Shown: positions 35,708-49,160 of the stretch, piece after piece
Layout: every line of letters starts with the position of its first letter
Numbering within the stretch: position 1 is the first letter of the stretch
From: Adineta vaga
Taxonomy: Eukaryota; Animalia; Rotifera
Length of the DNA stretch: 64,000 bases
Assembly: GCA_021613535.1 (NCBI GenBank)
Contig: CP075496.1
Location: 8,742,001-8,806,000 of the forward strand
Direction of reading: 5' to 3'
The notes under the pieces: generated by a model
The model's input: the letters and a program-made list of their open reading frames with translations, nothing else
Told to the model about the DNA's origin: nothing
Databases searched by the model: none
Position numbers and translations under genes: made by a program

Positions 35708-37217
35708 GAATTGTCGATCTATATCTACCTGATTATAGAGAAGAAATTTCTAACAAATATTAAAAATTTCGATCAATTCTATTTCTTCATACAGCATACA
35801 CTTATACTATTTTGCAATTTGAGATGTTAAACAATCTTCTATTACTATTTGTTGTAGAAAAAAAGCTTCTAAATGATGTATGTATGAAGAACTTGGCTTC
35901 CTACCTTTACGATGGTCGATTTCGTATTGTTATGTATGATGAAAACATGAAACGCGTGTCTATTTTTTTTCTTTTAATGCAATCCATATTATTCAACATA
36001 AAAATGCTTTTTCATGTCCTTCAAAAGTAAAGAAATAAAGGAACACCATAATACAATAATGTTACCATTAGAAGAAAAAAACAGAATTGTAAGATTCCTA
36101 TTATTTTCTAAATGAAAAAAGAAAAACGACAAATAATAAACATTAGACGTATTTGAACTTTGAAGGATTTTCTTTAGATATTATCCTAATAAACATCGAT
36201 CTTATTAAATGTATAGTTTTATATTGAACTCGAACGTTAATTGTTATTTCATCTTTGCTTAAATTGAACTGTACATATTATTGATGAAATTATATTCTCA
36301 TAGTAAATGCGACATACTGAATTCTTCATATCAGATCAATTATAAAAGTAATTTTATGATATGGATGTCTAATAGTGATACATGTGTGTGATGAATGCAT
36401 TTTAATAATATACATAAAATCAGTTACAATGACGTTTACTTGAAATTTTTTTGTGTTCTCATCCGTTGGAAGTGACTAATAGACACACCTTCATAATGAC
36501 GCAAATCCTTTTTTTTCGAATACACATGACTGCATTTTTCACGTTAATTATGTTTCCTTTTCTGTTTATAATCTTGAAAAGGTGTTGTAATGTTTACTGA
36601 GCAAATGGCGACAGATCTGCAACTATAAAAGACACAGCGCGATTCTTTCATTATTTTATTTCATATTCGCATAGTCGTATTCGTTCTTTTTTCTTGTCTT
36701 GTGTCTACGAATGGATATATTGAAAAAACTCTGTGGCAAAATAGATATAGTTCGTTGGTCTCGATCTATAGAATGTGTTATTGATTTGTGGAGTATTAAC
36801 ATAACATACGATTCAATCAATAATTCATCATCAACATCACATCCTGTATCATCCGAAAAGAATGAATCGCCGAAAATTTAGACAATAAAAATATTTTTAT
36901 TTCATCTCGTTTTGTTTTGTATCAAAAAATAAACCTATTCCTGCTAAATCATCAATCAGACATAGAATAAGAAAGAGTTGCATCATATTTTATTAGATAT
37001 GAATCATTGTTGAACAAACAACACATACAAGAAACAAAAACCAGTTAGTGTAATGTAAATAAACGACCAAAAAAGTTGGCAATTTTGTGTTTCTTTTCTA
37101 TTTCAACATTCCAACTTCACAAAAGCATTCATATTGTCAAGTCCGGATTCATTCGAGATGACATATCATCACTGTGATTTTCTTTCTCTCTGAATAAACT
37201 ATCTTTCTAATGTGATT

Positions 37218-40200
37218 TTATGAAGAAAATAAACGTGTTTTTAATTTCTGCACATATTTTCGTCCATTTGATATTAGTGTTTGTCGAGATTTTTGTGCTT
37301 GAAGAATATTATTCTCGGTTGTACTTATTAATGAATCATCTGGAGAAAGTATTGCCTTGAAAAGATTTAATGCATCTTGATAATATGCCATTGCCATATT
37401 TTGATTATTTAAATTTGTATAACAATAAGCAATCAAATCATAGGTTATTCCAATATCTCGATGTTGTTTTGGTAAACATTGAGAACGAAGATCTAAACAT
37501 TCTAAAGCACATTCAAGTGCTCGATCAAAATCAGTGATATCACAGTAAACAATAGCTAAACCTTCCAATGTTGAAGAGATAGTAAGGAAATTATCTGATG
37601 CAAATTTTCTTTTTAAGATAAGTGATTGTTGAAGAACTTCTAAAGCTTGATCATTATTAGATTGCGAACGATGAATAAAACCTATCAAAGTCAGATTATC
37701 AGCTTCATCTAAATCACCATGTGGAAATTGTTTTCGACGAATAATCAGAACTCGTGTTAAATATAAAAGTGCTTCATCAAATTTTTCATATTCATAATAT
37801 GTTTTAGCAATATTTTCACAACTAATAGCAATATCAGGATGTAATGGAGGTTGAAACACTTCTTGAAGTCTTAACGCTTCATGATGATATTCTAAAGCTG
37901 CAGAACGATTTCCTTTCATTGATATTAAAATACCGATCATATTTAAACATTGAGCAGTATCCGCACTACCATATTGATACCAATTTAGTTTAATTATCCT
38001 CGCTTTTTCAAAGCATTCCATCGCCAATTCATTCTTTTTGTTTGCTAAATGTACTAAACCCAAATTGTAGAGACTAAATGAAAGTTCTATATGATCCGAT
38101 GGATAAAATTTTTCTTTCATATCTAACGATTTTAAACATAAAAGTTCAGCTTCAGCATGATTAGCTTTAAGAGAATAGACCAAACCAAGATAGGAAAAAC
38201 TAGAAGCAATAGAAATATGTCCTAATGGATAATGTTTATCTTGAATTTGTAATGCTTTTTTATGATATTGTAAAGCATTATTATAGTCTCGTAAATGTCG
38301 ATAGATACAACCAATATAATGACAATCCTCAACAAGATTAAGATCATCTAGAGAATAACATTCTTCTCTCAAATTTAAAGATTGTTGAAAAAATGTTAAA
38401 GCATCTGGATAATTTCCTTGTAAATAATGAACAATACCAAGAGAATGAAATGTTTCAGCAATATCAGGATGATTTTCAGATAGATTATTTTGACGAATAC
38501 GTAATGTATTCGAACATAAACGAAGTGCTTCTTCGAATTCACCAATATAACATAAAATAATACCATAATTATTCATACTATCAGTAAGATCAATATGATC
38601 AATTGGATAATGTTTACTTTGAATTTCGAATACGCGTCGAAAACATCTAGCTGCTTTATCATATCGACATTCTTCATAGAGAATATAACCAATACGATTA
38701 AGACTTTCAGCAATACGCATATCATCTGGAGAAAGATATTTTTCTCGAATATTCAATGCTCGTCGATGATAATCTAAAGCTAAACGTGAGTTACCTTTTT
38801 TCAAAAATCTATCACCAAACTGTCGTGCAATTTCCGCAATATCAATATGTCCCAAAAGATAAACTGTTTCTACTAATCGCATTGTTTTTTGATAATAATC
38901 TAAAGCATCATCATGCTTTTCTTCAATATAAAGTATACAACTTATCATATAAAGATTCTTTATCATACTTGAATAATCTGTTGGTGCACATTGTTCTCTC
39001 ATTTGTAATGCACGATGAAAATATTTTAATGATTGTGTATAATTAGTTTGATTTAAATAAATTTCACCGATACTAGTCAGACTATGAACAATGGAAATAT
39101 TATCTTGCGGATAATGTTTTTTTTGTATTTGTAATGCTTGTTGGTAGAATCGTAAAGCTTGTTGAAAATGTTCTTGTTTAAAAAGAATTTCTGCGATATT
39201 GATTAAATTCATTGCTAAACGAATACTTTGTCCACTTTGAAAGATTTCACGTAGAGTTAATGCTTGCTGATAATAATCTAATGCACGAGAATAATTCTCT
39301 TGATACGAAGATATTGTTCCTAAAATTTTTAAACTATTCATTATATTTGTATACGTTAATGGATGATATTTTTCTCTCATTTCTAATGATCGTTGATGAT
39401 AATGAAAGGCTTCTTGAAAATTTTCAAGATGACAATAAATATGACCAATTATACTTAGATTATTCACAATTGTTATTTCATTTATTGGTAAATAAGTTTC
39501 ACGTAATTTTAAAGCTCGTTGATAATGTTCGAGTGATTCAGTATATTGTCCTCTATCAAGTAAAACTAGACCAAGATTGGTAAGATAAGTTATTAAATTT
39601 ATATGATTGGATGAGGAATATTTTTCTTGAATTTGTACAGCTTTTTGAAAATAATCTAAAGCTTCATTATATTGAATTTGTCGATGATAAACAACACCAA
39701 TACCATGATAACTTGCTGCATTTTCAATATGACCTTTTGGATGAATATCTTGAATTATTTTCAATGCATTTTTATAATATTCTATAGCTTGATCATAGTA
39801 TTCTTGATCAGTAAAGATCAATGCAATATTATTTAAACAGCGCGCAACATCTACATGACCCAATGGATAAACTTCTTTTCGAATTTTTAGAACTCTTTCA
39901 TAATAATCTTTTGCTTGATCATATTTTGCTTGTCGATGATAGAGAATACCAATATTATTAAAACAAACAGCAATTTCTAATTGATCATTTGAATATAATC
40001 TTTCTCGAATTTCTAAAGCTTTTTGATAAAAATTCAAAGCTATATCATATTTCCGTTGATCACAAAGTACTAAACCAATATTCGTAAAACTTTGTGCAAC
40101 ATCCATATGACCATTAGGATAGAATTTTTCTCGAATATTCAATGCTTCTTCATAGGAATTAATTGCTTCTGTATATTTCATTTGTTGATGAAGTATAGTA

Positions 40201-43200
40201 CCAATTCCATTTAAATTTGAAGCGATATCAAGATGATCAGATGAATATAAGAGTTTAGCTAAATTTAATGCTCGATATCGATAATCTAACGATTGATCAT
40301 ACTGATTTTGATCGTAAAATACAAGCGCAATATTATTCAAAGTTTGTATCATTGTTATATGACCAGTTGGATAAATATCTTCACGAATTTGAAAAGCACG
40401 ATTATAATAAATTAAAGCTTGATCATAGTCCATTTGTCGATAATATGCAACACCAAGATTATTCAATGTACTGGCTATTTCAGAATGTGTTGATGGTAAA
40501 AGTTCTTCACGAATTCGAAGTGATTTTTTATAAATTTCAATTGCTAATTCATGTTTCTTTTGATGAAAATAAATTATACCAATATTACCAAGATTGATTA
40601 AAAGATTTTTATATCCTAATGGATAATGTCGTTCTTGCATATCAAATGCTCGATAATAATAAATGAGAGCTTCGTCATATTTTAATGTTCGATAGAGAAG
40701 AATACCAATATTCATAATTACTTCAGCAATATCTGTATGTCCATATGGATGGAAACGTTCTCGCATTGTTAATGTTCTTTGATAGATTTCTATCGCTTCA
40801 TTACTATTACCTTTATCCATTAGAACACGGCCAAGATTTCCAAGACTTTGTGCAACATCAATATGTCCTTGAGGATACATTTGCTCACGAATTTCCAATG
40901 CTTGTTGATGATATTTCAAAGCTTCATCGTAATTCAATTGTCGATAATAAACAACACCGATTCCATTTACAGCATGTGCAATATCTATATGATTTGAAGA
41001 ATAATTTTCTTCAATCATTTGTAATGCTCGTCGATGATATTCTAGAGCTTCATCATATTTTTCTTGATCACAAAGAACAAAACCAATATTATTTAAACAT
41101 TGAGCAATATCAACATGACCCGAAAGATAGAAATCTTCTCTCATACGATATGCTTGTTGATAATACACAATTGCTTCATCATATTTTAATTGTCGATAGA
41201 GGGTCAAACCAATATTATTTAAACTAGCAGAAATTGTCTCTAATTTAATGGAGTTAATTCTTTTCGAATATTTAATGCTTGATGATGATATTTGAGTGCT
41301 TCAGAATATTTCATTTGATTGTATAAGATCAAAGCAGTGTTATAAAGATTAAGTGCAATATTGATATGACCTTTTGGATAAAGTTTTTCTAACATTTGTC
41401 GAGAATTTTTATAGATTTCTATTGCTTGAGTATAATTTCCTTGTCGATGAAGAACAATACCAATATTCGTCATAGTTGATGCCACTAGAATATCACCTGT
41501 TGGATAAAGTTTTTCATTGATTTGAAGAGCTTTTGTAAATAGTTCTAATGCGTCATCATAATTACTTAGATCTGTTTGTAAAAGAGCAATATTATTAAAA
41601 CTTTGTGCAAGTTCACTATGATTTGAAGGACATATTTCTTCTTTTATTTTCAATGCTTGTCGATAATAATCAATTGCTTCCTTGAATTTCTTTTGTCGAT
41701 GATAAACTGTTCCGATACCATCGAGACTATTCGCGATAAAAATCTGATGATGACGATTAGATAATCCATATTCTTTTCGAATATCTAATGCATGTTGATG
41801 ATATTCAAGAGATTGATCATATTTTCCTAATTCAGTATAAATACTTCCAAGAAAAGTCAAACTAATTGCAATATCAAGACGTTCGGATGGATAATATTTT
41901 TCACGAAGTGCAAATGCTCGCTGATAATAAACAAGTGCTTCTTGATTTCGTTTTAATTTACTTAACATTAAAGCAATATCATCCAAATTACGAATTAGAT
42001 CTTTATCTTCCGGACGATAATGTTCTTCTCGAATTTTCAATGCTTGATTAAAAAAATTCAAAGCTTCTTCATATTTCTTCTGTCGATAAACAAGATTTCC
42101 AATACTACTTAATACATTTGATAAATCTTGTGCTGGTGGTATCGGATATGTATTCATGATCAGATGATAAGCTCGATCATAATATTCTCTTGCTACATTG
42201 AATTCTTGTTTTTCATAATGATTTCGACCAATATTATATTGACTAATATAACAGTTCAAACTATCATTTCCATATGAAATATATTCAAGATATTTTTTCG
42301 ATTGCTCATTATTACCAAATTGATCTAAAAGTCTTCCTATCGTTTTTCCGATTGATTCATTATCATGACGTATATGTTCAATATATTTATCAATCATCGC
42401 TTGTCTTCCATTTGATAAACTAATTTTCATTACACAAATATCTCCATCATAACTAACATCATTCAATCGAAATATTGTTCCTAAATCAAACATAAATTGA
42501 TTTTCTTCAGCATTCTTACTGTATTTCGATATATCTGCTAAGATAATACTTCCATCATTATCTTCCATATTGCATTCAATTTCCATGAGAGCAGGTGTAT
42601 GATCTTTTCGTTCAATACGTTTCGTAATATAAGCAAGTGCAAATGAACGTATTCGATTAGCAAACATATATGAATTAATAGAAAAATATTGACCAATTGC
42701 TTTTTTAATTCCATTTATTTCATTTGTTAATAAACATGATGCACGAAAGAGAGTTAAAGATTGATTAGATTGTTGAGATTCTCGAGCAAGATTTTCTGAA
42801 AGATCTCGAAGATAAAATCGAAGATTATACAATTCATCGATATCTAATGTCCATAATGCTTTATTGATTAATTTCGAGATGAATGATCGATGTATATACC
42901 AACGTATTGCTTCATTTGATTGGTAAGATTTTTCAAAATCATCTATTAATTTTTGTTGATGAGAATTATTACGATAGTATTGACGAAGATGTTGAATGAA
43001 ATGTGATTTTTCTTGATTAATTTGTGGAAAATATTTAATGATTTCATTTAAGAAATGAAATGATGAAAATCCTTCCAATATCGATTGAGATGGATTCGGA
43101 AATATTTGAATTTTTAATTGTTTACTATTCAATTGTATTTGTTTTTCTATATCAACACATAAGACATCAAAATTATCATAAATATTAATAATTTTTGGAT

Positions 43201-43543
43201 AATCATTTACTAACGAATGAACTTGAATTTCATCGAAATTAAATAAAAAAATCGATTCAATTTGAATAAGTTTATGAATACGTAATAACATTTGAGCTGT
43301 ATCAATTCCCGAGATGATTAAATAAATCACTTCTTTTTCACTTGTTTCAATAAATGATATACATGATTCAAGTTCCGAATAAATAACAACATGATCATTG
43401 ATAAGTTGTAATTGTTTTTTTGCTTGTTTAAATCGACTAAAAATACTAATCTTAGGATTTAACCAAATAATTGTACTGATTTCTTTGTTATCATTATGAT
43501 TGGTTTTTGAAATGTATGGAAATGTTTTTTCAATTGTAACCAT
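37218..43543 (-). CDS. Giant ART-like/TPR protein (about 2100 aa, about 40 TPRs) with degenerate catalytic motifs; 1-nt frameshift near 41240
   Basis: N-domain IIWLN..YLIISG, AIRWY, ART-fold remnants LFRA and FMFDLGTIFRL; the 42-aa TPR register continues across the ORF junction (..ELTPLN/ETISASLNNIG). Confidence 0.85.
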
Positions 43544-43870
43544 ACTCGTACGCTAGTAATTTACTTTTTGGTACGATATGTCAAGAGAGAAAAAAAACGT
43601 GTTGATGACTATTTATGAATGTTGGTTATGATATTAGAGGAAAGGAAGTAGTTTTTGCTATACTTATTAAGATGAGAAAAATATTGTTTTGACATGATTT
43701 TGTACCTTTTCGTTTTCGTACGTTGGAAAGAAACCACACGTGTTAACTTTGCTATCATCTATCATATGTCAACAAGGTGAATATATCATGAATATAGAAT
43801 ACTGTACAAGTCAGGAAGAAAAACATACATATCTATGCGAATTTTATTAGATTTAAATTAGTTCAATAAT

Positions 43871-45713
43871 CTATAAAACACTTTTGGTGATTGTTTCTGG
43901 TGAAATAGTATCTCGTAATTTGGACATTAACTTGGATTTTGATGCTTTATCTGACAGATCGATATACGTTTCTGTTTTTGTACAGCTCTGTCTTCGGTTA
44001 CTTTTAGTAGTTCGACTTCTTGACGAATTTGTTGTCCGTTAATTGGTAAACGATATAAAGTACCAAGTAAAACAAATGTCTTTTCAACATTAGACACATC
44101 GTTCGACTCCCTAGAATTGTTTTCATGAGTTATTGTTTTTATAAAAGCATTCATATTCTCTTCATATGTCAACATAATTTTTTGAAGGCCTTCAATTATC
44201 TGATCATTTTCAGCACCTTGACTCTTTTTCATTTCTTCTTCTTGAATAAATAGGCGAAGATAACGAACAAAATCATCGTCCATTGGATGTATTGCATGGA
44301 TATAAAGAAATTGTGTTAACTTCTTATAAGTATCTTCAATATGTGCTTGTTCTTTTTTTAAATTCCTAATATGTTGATCAATAGTTTCTTCGTCTTCGAT
44401 CGATTTCGATTCTATACGGGTTTTCTGATTGTAAGTCAGATGCATATGATTATTGGCAGGACAATCACATTTGTCACATATACCTGAACAATTGCAGACG
44501 ATTAGTTATCATTAAAAATAACAATGAGTCTCTCACCTGTTTTTTGATCGATCTTTTCACATTGAGCTATTCTTAATTCATTAATTGTTTCCTGTGCAAT
44601 AGTTTTTAAATAACATTTCTTATGGCAAATCTGCTTATATGTGTCTTTATTCTCATCGTTGTCCGGAACGAATTGTAAACATTTTTTACTTACACAGACT
44701 AATCGTGGAGATTGACAGAGCTGAATGTGCAGGACTTTCTGTGTAAATTGTGAATGCTGTTGACTTCTTTTTGTTGATAAACGATGTTTATATTCTTTGG
44801 CTAGTTGAAGATTTTCTTGAATAAGTCTTAATATCCCTGCAATTGGACGTGGAAGTTTTCGAATCACTTGTTCAATTTCACTCAATGATAATGTATTGGC
44901 AACAGCATGAAGTGGAAGTTTGAATATATAACTAAAAAGACGTTCATATTCTCTTGAAGATTGTTCCCAACTTCTTTCGTACGATTGAATTTGTTCATGA
45001 TCAATTTTAATATGATTCTTTTGCATTGCTATATAAGAAAGAGGTTCATTATCTAATAGAAATGAATTTTCTTTATTAAATGGTATATCAATGTTAAAGT
45101 TTTCACGAATATCTTTGAGAATAGCTTGAAGAAGATTTTTCGAACTACCCATTCTATAGAATGTTGATCGAGCATTAGTAAAAATAAATATAAGATTTTC
45201 ATGTACAGTTACACTTGAAAATTGCAGAAGTTGTTTTAGATAGAATCGAAATGTAATAGTTAAACGTTCTTCATTTGGTTTAAGGAAAATACATATACCA
45301 TTTAAATGTTCAAAATGTGATATATAAGAAAATATTTCAAATAAACGTTTCTTATCTTCATCTAAACCTTTCACATCACCCATACCGGGTGTATCAATCA
45401 ATCGTATATTTCGATTACCAACAGGAAACATATAACTTCGACATTGTCGAGTATTGGATTCATTATTTTCCGTCTCACCAAGTTGAATAACTTTTTCTTC
45501 AAATGTATCAGGATCAGAAATCGTGAATGAAGTTGGTATAATGACTTTAAAATCATCTTCGAGTGATTCATTGAGTGTATTGTTGTTCAAATAATTAGCA
45601 AAAGAATTAATAAACATACTTTTTCCAATTCCACTTTGTCCTAATAAGAGAATATTTATTTCTTGTTCTCGTGGACAGTTTCGATTAGCATTGGAATTAT
45701 TTGATTGACTCAT
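43871..45713 (-). CDS. Stand-alone septin/AIG1-like GTPase with Cys/His-rich module, copy 2 (probable frameshift near 43972)
   Basis: GQSGIGKS, LIDTPG, FTNAR; intron 44484-44536 at the same codon position as in copy 1; CHKKCYL..CDKCDC..HMHLTY; LYRLPING. Confidence 0.85.
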
Positions 45714-46109
45714 TTTGTTCACTAAAATGAAAAGTAAAAGATGACTAGTACGAGAAAATAAATGCGATTGTTTTTTCCAACTTACATGTTGTCTCCGTCT
45801 TGTTAAAAACCAAAATAACAGAAAGGAAGAATTACTCGACTACTGTTGCAAAAGTTAAAAAGAAAAATATATTTGGTCATAGACTTTTTCTTTCCTACAC
45901 AGAACGAAAGGAAGAAAAAAATCTGCTTTCGTAACAGACTCTATGCGATAAGACATTTATGATAACTAAAATCAAAAAATGATATACAAAATCGGTGAAT
46001 TAATCATGTTGACAAATGTCATTCATATCTATTACGTAATTACTTTTATTTTTATAGAGCAGATACAATGGAAGTAATGTGTCATTCAAACGAAGTATCG
46101 ACTAAAAAC

Positions 46110-47618
46110 ATGTCGTCAACATTTGAAACTTTATCAGATGAAATTCTAATGATTGTCTTTCAATACATGGGTGATATGTGCACAATTTTACGAACATTTT
46201 ATGGTTTAAATCAACATCTAAATGATATTCTACTGAAGAAACTACCACACACAATACAATACCTATTCTTTGAATTATCTTCCTCCATTGAAATTAATTC
46301 AAAACTGCATCTGTACCTTCAATTCTTAATTAGTAATTACATCAAAGAACAATATCTAGAAATAGACAATCAAGTACGATCACTTCGTCGTACATTTCAA
46401 ATAACACGTGAGAAACTCTCCGAGATCGAAATGCTTAACATAGATAATGAATTACAAGCGGAATTTTTCAATTTACAAACTACGGTTCCAACTATTCAAT
46501 CAATAAAACATATTCAATCACTAGTTTTTACTAGTGCAGCATGTATTCAATGCGATAATCACGAACCGAATCAATTCAATTTTACTAAAGCTCTCAATCG
46601 TTTCTTACTTTGCCGTTTGAATGATACAAATCCTGCTAATGATTTATTAATCCAACCATTGACTCATATGTTCCAAGCACTGATTCTTTCAAATATCGAT
46701 GTTCTATTAGATCGGGATTATACAGAAATCGAAGAGAGTTCAACCGCTTGGCATTTTCTTTTCTATTCAATTTATCAATTACAATATTGGTACTATACTC
46801 CACCGGATATTTCTATTAATATGAAATGTTATCAAGCAATAACACAACTATTACTTTTTGCTATCCAATGCCATAAACAAAATAGAAATGTTAATCAAAA
46901 TTGGGCTCAAGAAAGTCTCTTTAATATATTGAAAATGATTGGTGAGAATCAAATGATCAAACAAAATGAAACATTGATTCAAGCGGTTCAAAGAGAAATT
47001 TTGAACATCATCATTGAAGAAAATGTTTTAACATCAATACTATCTTGGCAAGATGAACAGAACAATACATTTCAATCGATTTTTTCAAAATTAATTCAAC
47101 AGAATCAAGTGGATATCATACTTCAACTTTATCGTGAGCTTCCTACGGTACGTTCTTATTTTAATCAATCAAAACATCTGATAAGAAATGTAAATATCCT
47201 TACTGGAAGTTCGACAGGTCGACAAATATTTAAATTATTTTTTGATGAAGAACCATTGCAACCTTGGTTGGTTAATCGAGAATTATTTTTCTTACTTTTA
47301 TCGAAAAAGGAACGTCAATTCTTAGAAAAGATATTAAAATTATCTCCAGATCTCATACATACCAAGGATGAAAATGGAAATAATCCATTAGTTTATATCT
47401 GTTTGAAAGTTCGTGGTTGTCGAGAGCGAATAATTGAGTATTTAATTCGAATTGGATGTGATACACAACAACGCAATCATAATGGTGAAAATTTCTTTGA
47501 TGCAATACAAATGAAAAGCAATCAAAATCTTTTGAAAGATGTCTTACAAAACAATCAAAATCAGTTATTGGAAATTAATTCATCATTAGTTCCCTTGTTA
47601 CTTGCTACTAAAGTTTGA
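46110..47618 (+). CDS. N-terminal F-box-like plus C-terminal ankyrin-repeat protein
   Basis: STFETLSDEILMIVFQYM (F-box-like); KDENGNNPLVYIC..IIEYLIRIGCD..RNHNGEN (ankyrin); alternative start at 46068. Confidence 0.7.
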   Translation: MSSTFETLSDEILMIVFQYMGDMCTILRTFYGLNQHLNDILLKKLPHTIQYLFFELSSSIEINSKLHLYLQFLISNYIKEQYLEIDNQVRSLRRTFQITREKLSEIEMLNIDNELQAEFFNLQTTVPTIQSIKHIQSLVFTSAACIQCDNHEPNQFNFTKALNRFLLCRLNDTNPANDLLIQPLTHMFQALILSNIDVLLDRDYTEIEESSTAWHFLFYSIYQLQYWYYTPPDISINMKCYQAITQLLLFAIQCHKQNRNVNQNWAQESLFNILKMIGENQMIKQNETLIQAVQREILNIIIEENVLTSILSWQDEQNNTFQSIFSKLIQQNQVDIILQLYRELPTVRSYFNQSKHLIRNVNILTGSSTGRQIFKLFFDEEPLQPWLVNRELFFLLLSKKERQFLEKILKLSPDLIHTKDENGNNPLVYICLKVRGCRERIIEYLIRIGCDTQQRNHNGENFFDAIQMKSNQNLLKDVLQNNQNQLLEINSSLVPLLLATKV

Positions 47619-47784
47619 TAAATAATAAAAGATTTGTTATATAGACGATTCTCTCTCTCTATCTAGAGAGAGGATCGATGTTATTCGTTCGTATGAAAAT
47701 CAAATGAATAAAAATTATTCTCATACTTATAGATGAATAGAAGTAAAAAAAAGTATGGATAAAAGTTAATGTTCATATGATAAA

Positions 47785-49160
47785 TCAATCAAGTTTTGGT
47801 ATACCAGCAACAACACCATTTTCAATACCACATTCATCATGACCACGAAGAATTTTGAAAAAACCTTTGTCACCCCAATCTTCGTTCCAAGCTAGAAGTA
47901 AAAGGGAATATACACTACACAGTTTTTATACAATGATATTAATACGAACAATTAGCAACAAGCCAATAGGGTGTATCATTTTCTACACCCCAACCAATGA
48001 TTTTGATGGCTAAAATTGATACATATATATACATGATGTGATTGATTCTTAAAAATTATACTAAATACCGTGACCACCAAGATGTGAACCTGCCGTATGT
48101 TTATAAACACCTGATTTATAGGCAAGAAAATCAGAATACACTGTAAAACCAGCTTCAACAGGACCATTTTTCATAATTTCAGTTTGAATTTGTTCTTGTT
48201 TGAAATGTATGGAATGTACACTAGCACCGTAATGTTTATCATTTGCATATGGTGTTGGATATCCATCGATACATTGACGAGTACAATGAGGTGTTGGTTG
48301 TGAGCCTTGGCACTAATTTCAATAAAAAAAGAAAAGCTTTCTATTAACCCTCGAATACAACAATTCAATTACATACTGGTGGTAATGTTCCATTGACACT
48401 AACAAATAAATGATTAGATAGTATGAAATTCACCGAATACAACTTACTGATGATCACACGAAGGAATCGTATATGGTTCACAGCCTTCATTAGATTTATA
48501 ATTACCACCGGTTACTAAACCAGAAGATTTATAATGATTCCAAGCAGCTACTGGATAACCACCATTACAGCCCATACCACATAATAAGCAACAAGCTATG
48601 TAAGATTTTATTTTGTTTTTTCTTAAATTCCATATAGAAGCATAATTTTAACTTACAGACAAGATCTTCAGCAGAAATACGAACAAGTTTTGATCCATTT
48701 GAGGCTATACAAATCCGATCAGACATTGCTTCAACAGCACCAAATGCCCAACAACTACCACAACTTAAATCAAGACAAATATTCAAAGTCAATGAATATG
48801 TATACATTTTTATTCCTTAAGAACATACTTTCCTTGATCACGAATTTCTCTAATTGATGGACAATTTGACCATTGTTCACGTGAATCAAAATTAGTCGGT
48901 AAATCATTGGGTACATCATGTATAAGTGGAACAAGTTGTTTGACTTGTTTGAAATGATCTGGACGAAGTCCCATTAAACGTTTAAGAGAAGATTTTGACC
49001 ATGACGTAAATTTTGATGGACCCGCTTTCCATGTTGACTGTACGGAATTAATATGCGTAATAAATTCATCGGATAATAATGATCTTTTCGATAGTTGAGT
49101 TTTTTGACCATAAGCAATTGTCCAAACAAAACAAAGAAACAAACAAAACCGGACATGCAT
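47785..49160 (-). CDS. CTSB: Cathepsin B, multi-exon
   Basis: Signal and propeptide; [33 protein letters not shown], occluding loop [35 protein letters not shown]. Confidence 0.95.

Noticed and set aside
38595-42051. Plus-strand ORFs overlapping the TPR gene, and similar short antisense ORFs elsewhere
   Set aside because: These are shadows of the codon bias of real genes and show no motifs.
37218-42300. 126-bp periodicity as a CRISPR array or satellite
   Set aside because: It is the protein-level TPR repeat; there are no identical DNA repeats with spacers.
47653-47672. 9-bp inverted repeat between convergent genes
   Set aside because: It derives from a (CT)n/(AG)n run, and intrinsic terminators are not expected in a eukaryote.
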